In this document: one piece after another, positions 1 through 13,700 of the stretch
How positions within the stretch are numbered: the first letter of the stretch is position 1
Layout: every line of letters begins with the position of its first letter
NCBI GenBank assembly: GCA_032718475.1
Contig: JAUCBJ010001594.1
Coordinates: 1-64,000 of the forward strand
Length of the DNA stretch: 64,000 bases
Direction: 5' to 3'
Source of the DNA: Nemertoderma westbladi
Lineage: Eukaryota; Animalia; Xenacoelomorpha
The notes under the pieces: generated by a model
The model's database searches: none
What the model saw: only the letters and a program-made list of their open reading frames with translations
What the model was told of the DNA's origin: nothing
Program-made: the position numbers and the translations under genes

Positions 1-564
1 CAAGGCGTTGCGTTGGTCTAAATGCAAACCGGTATGCATCCCAACAGAGGCCTCTGTCATACCACACCTATCCTTCACCTGTCTCCAAACCCAATAACGG
101 TCCACTTTTAAGCGTCCACAATACTACAGAAGTTAACAAAGCTATAGATAGAACAACGAACCTGCTTGTTATGTTTGTGGCTTTGGATAAGAAGATAAGT
201 CCTTGGGCGTCTAATTATAGCAGTAGATGGATGCAGTTACACTCCCAGATCTTCTGTTATCTTCCACTTACTTAATAAACACACCTTACCGGATATCTCA
301 GAAGTTCCCCCATATGAGACAAGCAGACTATCTATGTTCGCTTCCCACAATGTGATATCTTTAAATACTAATAAAGATCCGGAACTTCAATATCGCGTTT
401 CATCATTTCATACATTTATGGCTGTCTAGTTTAGTTTTCAATTCTGGGTTATTATTAATAATTTCCTGTTTTTCAAAGTTTAAATATCATAATTATTATC
501 ATTAAATTTCCTGTTGATTTTTATAATAAAAATATAAAAGCAAAAGCAAAAAAACAAAGATTCG

Positions 565-628
565 GGCGAAGTCGGAAGCGACCCGAAGGCTCCTCTTTCG
601 ATAGCTGCTACCCAAATGTAAGGGTGGT
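565..628. repeat. Short dispersed repeat fragment (possibly SINE-derived); second copy at ~7582-7652
   Basis: GCGACCCGAAGGCTCCTCTTTCGATAGCTGCTACCC occurs at ~578 and ~7593, each time after an A-rich run. Confidence 0.5.
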
Positions 629-1948
629 TTATCACAAGTTTTGCTCCCGCTATTATACTTGTTATTATTGTATTATCGTGACCTACATAGGTTATCTATA
701 GTAGGTCATGGTATTATCACAATAACAATACATACATCTGATAGTAGTAAAAAGCAACTATAATTTGACAAATTTGACAAGTTGGTCTGGTCAAATAATA
801 ATGTACTATAGTGGATATGTGAGGTCAACTTCATTCAACTAGTTAACACTTGAACATCAGAAACTGAAAATTCTCATTGGAGAAAATTGGCGGAATTCAT
901 ATACTAATTTGCCTGTAACTTTGCACACTGGTCCCTCACCAATAATTGGAGACCTTTTGGTACCAAATGGGCCTCCGGAAAGAATTGGGGGCCCCATTAA
1001 ATTCGAATCTGTCGTGACAGCTTCACATACATTTAAAATCCCATCGTAGGAGTTTATAATTAAACAAAACAAAACTAGGCCAAAGTCTTGGAAAGACAAT
1101 CTGTCGCTTACTAGAGCAGAACGGATCCCTCCACGGCCCCAATCCATACAGCCCAACCGCATAACTACGCAGAGACCTACTGTACAGTAGGCTTGCTATC
1201 TGTCGAAGGACATGGATACGGACAGGCCCTTACTTTTAAAATCAAGCTCAGATTTATTGACGGCTTGTGCTTCCTTTTAATCATCCCAATGTTATCCATA
1301 AACCATCAGCCCATAACTAAGCGTTTTAGCCTTCGATTGTAGTTGGTACCTGCGGGTATGAAACTGGAAAATATTCAAAGGATAGCCGTCGTCACAAAAA
1401 GGATGACTGTAACTCTAGTGGTTTTCTTCTGACTTTCCCGTTCACCCAGAGGTTGATGACGGGAAGTCTGGAGAAGTTTAAGATGATCGTAATTACTCTG
1501 CTTGCTTATCGGCGAACGTGAAATGCGAAAAACGGAGGCAATTCGAAGGCTCCTCTCTCTCTCTCTCTTGGCTGTTTCTTGTAATATCCAGGGAGTTAGA
1601 CCCTATTCAACTATATTTCCCATTACTGGAATACCACTCAGCCACCAGTCAACCTACCCATAATCCTGTTTCTTGCGAGACAGGGATGGCACCACACTAT
1701 CTCTCAAAGTTGAAGCTTTCTTAGATTAACTCTCGGGTCTTTTTTCTAAATCATTTATATATTATTAAATAAAATCTATTTTATATTTTTTATCCAAAGA
1801 ATTATTTTAATTCGTTGTGGAGCTGTTTCAATAGACAAAAAGTTTGAGGATATTTCATCAAAAGTAATCATAGAATGAGCATTGAGCAGAGGAATATACT
1901 CGGTTAAATAAAGGGTCCTTTCATACACCCTGAAAGAGTCGATACATA

Positions 1949-3215
1949 CGATGCATTACAACAGTCGAGGCATTACAACAGTCGAGGCATTACAACAGTC
2001 GAGGCATTACAACAGTCGAGGCATTACAACAGTCGAGGCATTACAACAGTCGATGCATTACAACAGGTGATGCATTACAACAGTCGAGGCATTACAACAG
2101 TCGAGGCATTACAACAGTCGTGGCATTACAACAGTCGAGGCATTACAACAGTCGAGGCATTACAACAGTCGAGGCATTACAACAGTCGAGGCATTACAAC
2201 AGTCGAGGCATTACAACAGTCGAGGCATTACAACAGTCGAGGCATTACAACAGTCGAGGCATTACAACAGTCGAGGCATTACAACAGTCGAGGCATTACA
2301 ACAGTCGAGGCATTACAACAGTCGAGGCATTACAACAACCGAGCCATTACAACAACCGAGCCATTACAACAGTCGAGGCATTACAACATTCGAGGCATTA
2401 CAACAGTCGAGGTATTACAACAGTTGAGGCATTATAACAGTCGAGGCATTACAACAGTCGAGGCATTACAACAGTCGAGGCATTACAACAGTCGAGGCAT
2501 TACAACAGTCGAGGCATTACAACAGTCGAGGCATTACAACAGTCGAGGCATTATAACAGTCGAGGCATTACAACAGTCGAGGCATTACAACAGTCGAGGC
2601 ATTACAACAGTCGAGGCATTACAACAGTCGAGGCATTACAACAGTCGAGGCATTACAACAATCGAGGCATTACAACAGTCGAGGCATTACAACAGTCGAG
2701 GCATTACAACAGTCGAGGCATTACAACAGTCGAGGCATTACAACAGTCGAGGCATTACAACAGTCGAGGCATTACAACAGTCGAGGCATTACAACAGTCG
2801 AGGCATTACAACAGTCGAGGCATTACAACAGTCGAGGCATTACAACAGTCGAGGCATTACAACAGTCGAGGCATTACAACAGTCGAGGCATTACAACAGA
2901 CGAGGCATTACAACAGTCGAGGCATTACAACAGTCGAGGCATTACAACATTCGAGGCATTACAACAGTCGAGGCATTACAACAGTCGAGGCATTACAACA
3001 GTCGAGGCATTACAACATTCGAGGCATTACAACAGTCGAGGCATTACAACAGTCGAGGCATTACAACAGTCGAGGCATTACAACAGTCGAGGCATTACAA
3101 CAGTCGAGGCATTACAACAGTCGAGGCATTACAACAGTCGAGGCATTACAACAGTCGAGGCATTACAACAGTCGAGGCATTACAACAGTCGAGGCATTAC
3201 AACAGTCGAGGCATT
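1949..3215. repeat. 17-bp tandem satellite (GCATTACAACAGTCGAG)n, ~74 copies
   Basis: Near-perfect tandem array seen directly; ORFs 2067-3221 and 2120-2437 are translations of the repeat. Confidence 0.97.
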
Positions 3216-3299
3216 TCTTAAACAATTTTCAAAAGATATATTAACCTTTATGATTATCATATTGAAAACAAAGCCATTATGAGTAATTTGTAAGATTTA

Positions 3300-4005
3300 C
3301 TTACTGTAAGAAAATCGTGTCCGTTTGTCTGTCTGTCTGTTTGTTTGTTTGTCACACGAAAGTCTCCGAAACTATCCGGTCAATTGTGTTGTTTTTAGTA
3401 CCATCCTGTAGTCTATGGTCTGAATGGGTGTATAAAGCAATTTTCAAAAAATACATTCATTAGTTTTTGCAAAAAATGAAATAAACGAAATGTGCAATAG
3501 GCGCAATGATAAAATAACACCAATAACAGCTGGTGTTCATGATGAAAAATGGCTTATGTAATGGATTTCTACACAGGCTTAGTATAAATCAAAGAGGTTG
3601 CCAAGATATTGTACTTAGTAGGCCTACACCCATACTGTTTGCTTAGTTAGGCCCTACTGCCTAAACTCCACTCCCTTACAAACTTGATATTCTTCATAGG
3701 GTAGCATTAGTGTGTGTTAAATATTTTATACAGCTGATAGCCTTCTCAGTCAAGGTATGGGCGAATGTGAATTTCTTACTAATTCCAGGTGAATGAATTT
3801 TAGTAATATTGTAGGCTTTCAACTGTAGTACTACAATAATTGGTGTAATTAGAATCATGAGAGGGAAACGTACAGTAGGTTTAGAAAATTGGATCATTGT
3901 CAGGCCTAAAGGAACAAAGTGATTTAAGAAGTTAAATATTAGTATATTAATTAATTAATAGAAGTGTTCTGAAGATTTACATCCCGCGTGGTTGCACGCC
4001 ACTAG
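3300..4005 (+). mobile_element. Non-autonomous Helitron-like element
   Basis: (GTCT/GTTT)n microsatellite near the 5' end; hairpin GCGTG-gttg-CACGC (3986-3999) followed by CTAG|T at 4002-4006, the canonical Helitron 3' end. 5' boundary uncertain. Confidence 0.5.
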
Positions 4006-7000
4006 TTTATCGAAATAGTCTTATGGCCAGAACGTTGATAGCATGCCATTATTCATTAGATGCCCAGCTTTTATCTGCGACAATATTATCTATACACTTT
4101 ACTTACACCATTCATCTGCCTGGTTTTCCGAGTAATTTCAAGATAAGAGTAACTTCACATTGTTTTTGGCCGGTAGTGTTGGTGATGAATGGGACCCTTT
4201 CTGGGCTCCAATAAGTTTATCCCTTTGGTACAGAATGCGATGCCCTTTGGCAATATATTCAATATCGGCCAGAACAAAACATACTTTTCTATCATTGACT
4301 TCTATGGGAAAAAAATCTGTTGTGATAAAATTGTGAATTTGACATGAAGTTGATGGCGACTTTACAACTATTTCATATTGACTTGAATTGACGTGGAATT
4401 CTTCACGTCGCGTTTTATAATCACCATTTAATAATAATTATTCATAGTCAACATTAAATGTGATGTAAAATTTGATTTGAGTAATCCACGTCACAATTTT
4501 AATAACACATTTTTACACTGTATCAAACGTAAAATATTTGCATTAAAATGACTTGAAAATATGTGTACTTGTGTACTTGTTTCCCGTCATTTTCGCTAAC
4601 TTATTTTAACGTCCCGATATGGGTCACGGATATCCAATGTAGTGTAGTTTTAGAGAGTGTTTGTGGGTGGACCCCGGCATTACGCTTACATCGAATACAT
4701 AAATCAAATCCTGTAGATGGTGTTGACCTGTGGCTCTAGCTCAAGGATGATGGGGGCCGGAGCCTGGACCGGAAGCCATTGCCATTTACCATTAGTGCTG
4801 ACAACTTCAGCTATCATTCACGCAACTGCAGAAGGTTGCTGTTTCTCATTGGTTGATCTTGGCATATAGTTTCTCAGCGGATTCACTGATAGGTTGATTT
4901 TACCTCTCAATGTTTGAATTTACGTGGCTTTATACAGTTATAGCTGTGGGGATGAAGGTTAACGAGTCATAGTAACAGAGTAGGAGTGCAGATGCTATCC
5001 TGTCCTGCAGCAATCAGCTGGAGTTTTGGCTCAGGGCTGCAGCTGCACTACTGCCGGTTACTGACTACGAAGCAACAGTACTGCATACTGCAGTACAGTA
5101 CAGAAACAAATGTGCTACCGGTAGCCCCGCAGTCTATGGCATTACATCACCAGGATATTGCAGTCAGTCTTGCTGTCTTGTACTGGTATTCTGTGGCAGT
5201 ACAGCAGCATTAGGCTTAGGCAACATCAACATTTATCGTACGGACAGCTGGATTACCGCCTAGGCCTATGGCATTACGTCAAATAAACAGACCAGCATAC
5301 CGCATACGTTAGACGTTAGACATTGTGGATTGAGACGCCGTGACAGGTGAGGATTGAAGTGAAGACTGAATGTGAAGGATGGGTAGCCTAGGGCTGTAGC
5401 GCTGTAGGTAATTGGGTAGGTCAGTCTGTAGGTATCTGATCATCATGTTACAAAATGACCAGTTGACTGTCTGAAGGTAAAATCGACTGGTACCTAGCAG
5501 CCTAGATGCCTAGCTAAGCATAATTTAACTGTTTAATTAATAGGCTTAATAATAAATAAATAGGCATAAAATGCTGTATTCGCGAGACAGGTTTTGTGCC
5601 ATTTTTGGTCTGAAAACTGGCACAAAAACGCCAGAGTATTGAGTAATGTTGTACCGTACACCGTACAGACGTACGTCAGTCCGTACGGCAGTCAGGCAGT
5701 CCTAATTAAATCAAAATATGATTATGTTACAAAGTTTGTGTTGATTGTCATAACACCTGAACACTGCTGCACTGTAACCTGGTAACAGGTACAAATATGG
5801 TAAAATAGTACAGTAGGCCTATAGCTGTGTAGGATAAAATAAATACACTAAATAAATAAATATCAAATAATTACGGGTACCAGTACATCGATTTATTAAA
5901 TTTACATTTACAGTAAGGTAGCATTCCTAGCAAGTTGACCCACTAAAGGCTCGAACTCTTTATTGGCGGAGTTAACAATAATGGTTGAATGTAAGTTATT
6001 CCAAACTGAAAAAACTTTAATATCGTGTATACTACAGGTATAGGCTGATAGGCCTATCTACTGATCTAGTATAAGTATATATATGCTGTCTATATCTATT
6101 TCATAATGGCTTAGTAACTTGAGCTTCAAGTTAGATTACGCACTCGCGCTCCTAATCCTTAATCAATACGATAGTTGGAATTTGAATTTGGAATTTTTTA
6201 GAAACAAATTAAACATAAAACAGAACAGTTAAATTTTGATAATTGAATTAATTTCAAAGCACATTAATAAGCACCTATCCAAGCGTATTAAATAAGTACT
6301 TACAGAATTATAATAGACAGTGGGTAGGGATATACTTCATTTTCGTTATTGGGAACCTGCGATTGTGGTGTTCAGAGTTTTTCAGAGAAGATTTGGAAAA
6401 CCCCTGCGATTTAATGAATAAAAAGAAAGTAAATCAATGTTCGAGAATATATTATATTATTTTCTATTATACTTTCACAAACACTTATGTAACTAGCTTA
6501 TTATAATGTGTACTTTAAAGATTGAAGGCTTGCTTTAGCAATTATTAATGGCCATCTAATTCTAAATAAGGGTTTATGGTCAGGTTGTGGTATATCTCAG
6601 TATGTAGGTGGTGTTCCCTTCACGTATAGCCTACTTAATTGTTAATCTTTATTTGCAGTGCCCAGTAAAGAGATGCCAGTTATGGATCGCTAGCCGAGGA
6701 CGTAGAATCAACTTTAATATTGGATTGGTGCAGAATTATTCGTTCTCTTGTGCTTTTAGTTAACATAATATATCAACTACTTCAATGGATGTTTAAATCA
6801 AAATCTCCATTCTTTCTATATGTATATCTATTTATAATTTATATATCGATTTGATAAGGTATGTATGTATAGTATAACAATTGTTTTAATTACCGGTACT
6901 GTTTTCTTTTTATATATTTATATATATTATTTTATTCCGTAAAATTTCAATTATTTTGTTGGTTATTTTTATAAAAATGTTTTTTGTACAAGTGGCACTT

Positions 7001-7737
7001 AACAATTTGCAGATATGAGTATTAGAATACTGTGTATGTTAGTTTTTTTTGTTAAAAATATTTGAAAAAAAAGAATAACAAAATCAGTTTTAAATTTAAT
7101 CAAATTTATTCGCAGATGAAAAAAATTCGATCGATTATTATCGACATTATTTTCGATCGATTATCGATTTTCGATCAATGTTGAACAACCCTACCATACT
7201 TAACTCCTGTTAGTATATTAACAACGATGTATGGTAGTATGAAGGATGAACGAAGATAAATTATGTAGCACAGTATAATAATGCAAGAGTACCGGTACAT
7301 AATAACTTTGGATGAGTTCTTTCCTATGAAACTACCCCTGAAACTTGAAATTGCCTTCGCTAAGTTACAACAGAAAATTCAAGGACGAAAGTTTCTGTTA
7401 AACCTAATGCTCTATCAATATCAATACGTATCAATACGTATTATATAATTACCGGATAAATTCCACCATTAAGTTAACTTTGCAGCAATATAGTTTTTTT
7501 TATAAGACCTTTCGTTTTTAATTTTTTATGTAACATCTCGCGTGTTACAACTTTAAAATAAAAAAAAAAGCAAACAGTCGGCCGAAGCCGGAGGCGACCC
7601 GAAGGCTCCTCTTTCGATAGCTGCTACCCGAGGGTAGGGGTGGGCGCTACTCCTATCTCAAGACTTTAAAATAAAACTACATAATTCGTACTTGTTTCGT
7701 TAACGTGCTCTGGACCTCGTATCTGAATGCATCATGT

Positions 7738-10700
7738 CTATGGGTGCATTCAGTGTAACCCTATGGGTGCAGTCAGTGTAACCCTATTGGTGCAGTCAGT
7801 GTAACCCTATTGGTGCAGTCAGTTTATCCCTATGGGTGCAGTCACTGTAACCCTATTGGTGCAGTCAGTGTAACCCTATGGGTGCATTCAGTGTAACCCT
7901 ATGGCTGCAGTCAGTGTAACCCTATGGGTGCAGTCAATGTAACCCTATGGGTGCATTCAGTGTAACCCTATGGGTCCAGTCAGTGTAACCCTATGGGTGC
8001 AGTCAGTGTAACCCTATGGGTATATAGTCAGTGTAACCCTATGGGTGCAGTCAATGTAACCCTATGGGTGCAGTCAGTGTAACCCTATGGGTGCAGTCAG
8101 TGTAACCCTATTGGTGCAGTCAGTGTATCCCTATGGGTGCAGTCACTGTAACCCTATTGGTGCAGTCAGTGTAACCCTATGTGTGCAGTCAGTGTAACCC
8201 TATGGGTGCAGTCAGTGTAACCCTATGTGTGCAGTCACTGTAACCCTATTGGTGCAGTCAGTGTAACCCTATGGGTGCAGTCAGTGTATCCCTATGGATG
8301 CAGTCAGTGTAACCCTATGTGTGCAGTCATTGTACCCATATGGGTGCAGTCAGTGTATCCCTATGTGTGCAGTCATTGTACCCATATGGGTGCAGTCAGT
8401 GTAACCCTGTGGGTGCAGTCAGTGTAACCATATGTGTGCAGTCAGTGTATCCCTATGTGTGCAGTCAGTGTAACAATATGGGTGCAGTCAGTGTAACCCT
8501 ATTGGTACAGTCAGTGAAACCCTATGGGTGCAGTCAGTGTAACCCTATGTGTGCAGTCATTGTACCCATATGGGTGCAGTCAGTGTATCCCTATGTGTGC
8601 AGTCAGTGTAACCATATGGGTGCAGTCAGTGTAACCCTGTGGGTGCAGTCAGCGTAACCCTATGTGTGCAGTCATTGTACCCATATGGGTGCAGTCAGTG
8701 TATCCCTATGTGTGCAGTCAGTGTAACCATATGGGTGCAGTCAGTGTAACCCTGTGGGTGCAGTCAGTGTAACCATATGGGTGCAGTCAGCGTAACCCTA
8801 TGTGTGCAGTCATTGTACCCATATGGGTGCAGTCAGTGTATCCCTATGTGTGCAGTCAGTGTAACCATATGTGTGCAGTCAGTGTAACCCTGTGGGTGCA
8901 GTCAGTGTAACCCTATGGGTGCAGTCAGCGTAACCCTATGTGTGCAGTCATTGTACCCATATGGGTGCAGTCAGTGTATCCCTATGTACGTGCAGTCAGT
9001 GTAACCATATGGGTGCAGTCAGTGTAACCCTGTGGGTGCAGTCAGTGTAACCCTATGGGTGCAGTCAGCGTAACCCTATGGGTGCAGTCAGTGTAACCCT
9101 ATGGGTGCAGTCAATGTAACCCTATGGGTGCAGTCAGTGTAACCCTATGGGTGCAGTCAGTGCAACCCTATGGGTGCAGTCAGTGTAACCCTATGGGTGC
9201 AGTCAGTGTAACCCTATGGGTGCAGTCAATGTAACCCTATGGGTGCAGTCAGTGTAACCCTATGGGTGCAGTCAGTGTAACCCTATTGGTGCAGTCAGTG
9301 TAACCCTATTGGTGCAGTCAGTGTATCCCTATGGGTGCAGTCAGTGCAACCCTATTGGTGCAGTCAGTGCAACCCTATTGGTGCAGTCAGTGTAACCCTG
9401 TGGGTGCAGTCAGTGTATCCCTATGGGTGCAGTCAGTGTAACCCTATGAGTGCAGTCAGTGTTACACTGTGGGTGCAGTCAGTGTAACCATATGGGTGCA
9501 GTCAGTGTAACGCTAAGGGTGCAGTCAGTGTAACCCTATGGGTGCAGTCAGTGTAACGGTAAGGGTGCAGTCAGTGTAACCCTATGGGTGCAGTCAGTGT
9601 AACCCTATGGGTGCAGTCAGTGTATCCCTATGTGTGCAGTCAGTGTAACCATATGGGTGCAGTCAGTGTAACCATATGGGTACAGTCAGTGTAACGCTAA
9701 GGGTGCAGTCAGTGTAACGCTAAGGGTGCAGTCAGTGTAACCCTATGGGTGCAGTCAGTGTATCCCTATGTGTGCAGTCAGTCTAACCATATGGGTGCAG
9801 TCAGTGTAACCATATGGGTGCAGTCAGTGTAACGCTAAGGGTGCAGTCAGTGTAACCCTATGGGTGCAGTCAGTGTAACCCTATGGGTGCAGTCAGTGTA
9901 ACCCTATGGGTGCAGTCAGTGTAACCCTATGGGTGCAGTCAGTGTATCCCTATGTGTGCAGTCAGTGTAACCATATGGGTGCAGTCAGTGTAACCATATG
10001 TGTGCAGTCAGTGTAACCCTATGGGTGCAGTCAGTGTATCCCTATGGGTGCAGTCAGTGTAACCCTATGGGTGCAGTCAGTGTATCCCTATGTGTGCAGT
10101 CAGTGTAACCATATGGGTGCAGTCAGTGTAACCCTATGGGTGCAGTCAGTGTATCCCTATGGGTGCAGTCAGTGTATCCCTATGGATGCAGTCAGTGTAA
10201 CCCTATTGGTGCAGTCAGTGTAATCCTATGGGTGCAGTCAGTGTATCCCTATGGATGCAGTCAGTGTAACCCTATTGGTGCAGTCAGTGTAACCCCATTG
10301 GTGCAGTCAGTGTAACCCTATGTGTGCAGTCAGTGTAACCCTGTGGGTGCAGTCAGTGTAACCCTATGGGTGCAGTCAGTGTAACCCGATTGGTTCAGTC
10401 AGTGTAACCCTATGAGTGCAGTCAGTGTAACCCTATGTGTGCAGTCATTGTACCCATATGGGTGCAGTCAGTGTAACCCGATTGGTTCAGTCAGTGTAAC
10501 CCTATGGGTGCAGTCAGTGTAACCCTGTGGCGCTATGGGTGCAGTCAGTGTAACCCTATGGGTACAGTCAGTGTTACACTATGAGTGCAGTCAGTGTAAC
10601 CCTATGGGTGCAGTCAGTGTAACCCTATGGGTACAGTCAGTGTTACACTATGAGTGCAGTCAGTGTAACCCTATGGGTGCAGTCAGTGTAACCCCACGTG

Positions 10701-13700
10701 TGCAGTCAGTGTAACCCTATGGGTGCAGTCAGTGTATCCCTATGTGTGCAGTCAGTGTATCCCTATGTGTGCAGTGCAGTCAGTGTAACCATATGGGTGC
10801 AGTCAGTGTAACGCTAAGGGTGCAGTCAGTGTAACCCTATGGGTGCAGTCAGTGTAACCCTATGTGTGCAGTCAGTGTAACGCTATGTGTGCAGTCATTG
10901 TACCCATATGGGTGCAGTCAGTGTATCCCTATGTGTGCAGTCAGTGTAACCATATGGGTGCAGTCAGTGTAACCCTATGGGTGCAGTCAGTGTAACGCTA
11001 AGGGTGCAGTCAGTGTAACCCAATTGGTTCAGTCAGTGTAACCCTATGGGTGCAGTCAGTGTAACGCTAAGGGTGCAGTCAGTGTAACCCTATTGGTGCA
11101 GTCAGTGTAACCATATGGGTGCAGTCAGTGTAACCCTATGTGTGCAGTCAGTGTAACCATATGGGTGCAGTCAGTGTAACCCTATGTGTGCAGTCAGTGT
11201 AACCCTATTGGTGCAGTCAGTGTAACTGTATGGGTGAGGTCAGTGTAACCCTTTGAGTGCAGTCAGTGTAACCCTATGGGTGCAGTCAGTGTAACCCTAT
11301 GGGTGCAGTCAGTGTAACCCTATTGGTGCAGTCAGTGTATCCCTATGGGTGCAGTCACTGTAACCCTATTGGTGCAGTCAGTGTAACCCTATGTGTGCAG
11401 TCAGTGTAACCCTATGGGTGCAGTCAGTGTAACCCTATGTGTGCAGTCACTGTAACCCTATTGGTGCAGTCAGTGTAACCCTATGGGTGCAGTCAGTGTA
11501 TCCCTATGGATGCAGTCAGTGTAACCCTATGTGTGCAGTCATTGTACCCATATGGGTGCAGTCAGTGTATCCCTATGTGTGCAGTCAGTGTAACCATATG
11601 GGTGCAGTCAGTGTAACCCTGTGGGTGCAGTCAGCGTAACCCTATGTGTGCAGTCATTGTACCCATATGGGTGCAGTCAGTGTATCCCTATGTGTGCAGT
11701 CAGTGTAACCATATGGGTGCAGTCAGTGTAACCCTGTGGGTGCAGTCAGTGTAACCATATGGGTGCAGTCAGCGTAACCCTATGTGTGCAGTCATTGTAC
11801 CCATATGGGTGCAGTCAGTGTATCCCTATGTGTGCAGTCAGTGTAACCATATGTGTGCAGTCAGTGTAACCCTGTGGGTGCAGTCAGTGTAACCCTATGG
11901 GTGCAGTCAGCGTAACCCTATGTGTGCAGTCATTGTACCCATATGGGTGCAGTCAGTGTATCCCTATGTGTGCAGTCAGTGTAACCATATGGGTGCAGTC
12001 AGTGTAACCCTGTGGGTGCAGTCAGTGTAACCCTATGGGTGCAGTCAGCGTAACCCTATGGGTGCAGTCAGTGTAACCCTATGGGTGCAGTCAATGTAAC
12101 CCTATGGGTGCAGTCAGTGTAACCCTATGGGTGCAGTCAGTGTAACCCTATGGGTGCAGTCAGTGTAACCCTATGGGTGCAGTCAATGTAACCCTATGGG
12201 TGCAGTCAGTGTAACCCTATGGGTGCAGTCAGTGTAACCCTATTGGTGCAGTCAGTGTAACCCTATTGGTGCAGTCAGTGTATCCCTATGGGTGCAGTCA
12301 GTGCAACCCTATTGGTGCAGTCAGTGCAACCCTATTGGTGCAGTCAGTGTAACCCTGTGGGTGCAGTCAGTGTATCCCTATGGGTGCAGTCAGTGTAACC
12401 CTATGAGTGCAGTCAGTGTTACACTGTGGGTGCAGTCAGTGTAACCATATGGGTGCAGTCAGTGTAACGCTAAGGGTGCAGTCAGTGTAACCCTATGGGT
12501 GCAGTCAGTGTAACGGTAAGGGTGCAGTCAGTGTAACCCTATGGGTGCAGTCAGTGTAACGGTAAGGGTGCAGTCAGTGTAACCCTATGGGTGCAGTCAG
12601 TGTAACCCTATGGGTGCAGTCAGTGTATCAACGCTAAGGGTGCAGTCAGTGTAACGCTAAGGGTGCAGTCAGTGTAACCCTATGGGTGCAGTCAGTGTAT
12701 CCCTATGTGTGCAGTCAGTGTAACCATATGGGTGCAGTCAGTGTAACCATATGGGTGCAGTCAGTGTAACGCTAAGGGTGCAGTCAGTGTAACCCTATGG
12801 GTGCAGTCAGTGTAACCCTATGGGTGCAGTCAGTGTAACCCTATGGGTGCAGTCAGTGTAACCCTATGGGTGCAGTCAGTGTATCCCTATGTGTGCAGTC
12901 AGTGTAACCATATGGGTGCAGTCAGTGTAACCATATGTGTGCAGTCAGTGTAACCCTATGGGTGCAGTCAGTGTATCCCTATGGGTGCAGTCAGTGTAAC
13001 CCTATGGGTGCAGTCAGTGTATCCCTATGTGTGCAGTCAGTGTATCCCTATGTGTGCAGTCAGTGTAACCATATGGGTGCAGTCAGTGTAACCATATGGG
13101 TGCAGTCAGTGTAACGCTAAGGGTGCAGTCAGTGTAACCCTATGGGTGCAGTCAGTGTAACGCTAAGGGTGCAGTCAGTGTAACCCTATGGGTGCAGTCA
13201 GTGTAACCCTATGGGTGCAGTCAGTGTATCCCTATGTGTGCAGTCAGTGTAACCATATGGGTGCAGTCAGTGTAACCCTATGGGTGCAGTCAGTGTATCC
13301 CTATGGGTGCAGTCAGTGTATCCCTATGGATGCAGTCAGTGTAACCCTATTGGTGCAGTCAGTGTAATCCTATGGGTGCAGTCAGTGTATCCCTATGAAT
13401 GCAGTCAGTGTAACCCTATTGGTGCAGTCAGTGTAACCCCATTGGTGCAGTCAGTGTAACCCTATGTGTGCAGTCAGTGTAACCCTGTGGGTGCAGTCAG
13501 TGTAACCCTATGGGTGCAGTCAGTGTAACCCGATTAGTTCAGTCAGTGTAACCCTATGAGTGCAGTCAGTGTAACCCTATGTGTGCAGTCATTGTACCCA
13601 TATGGGTGCAGTCAGTGTAACCCGATTGGTTCAGTCAGTGTAACCCTATGGGTGCAGTCAGTGTAACCCTGTGGCGCTGTGGGTGCAGTCAGTGTAACCC

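Noticed and set aside
1-1720. Short coding-like stretches and ORFs 857-1162 and 1518-1724
   Set aside because: No recognisable motifs or splice structure; possibly decayed transposon sequence
2067-3221. 384-aa repetitive ORF (HYNSRGITTVEALQQSR)n
   Set aside because: Translation of a stop-free 17-bp satellite cycling through all three frames; no unique coding flanks
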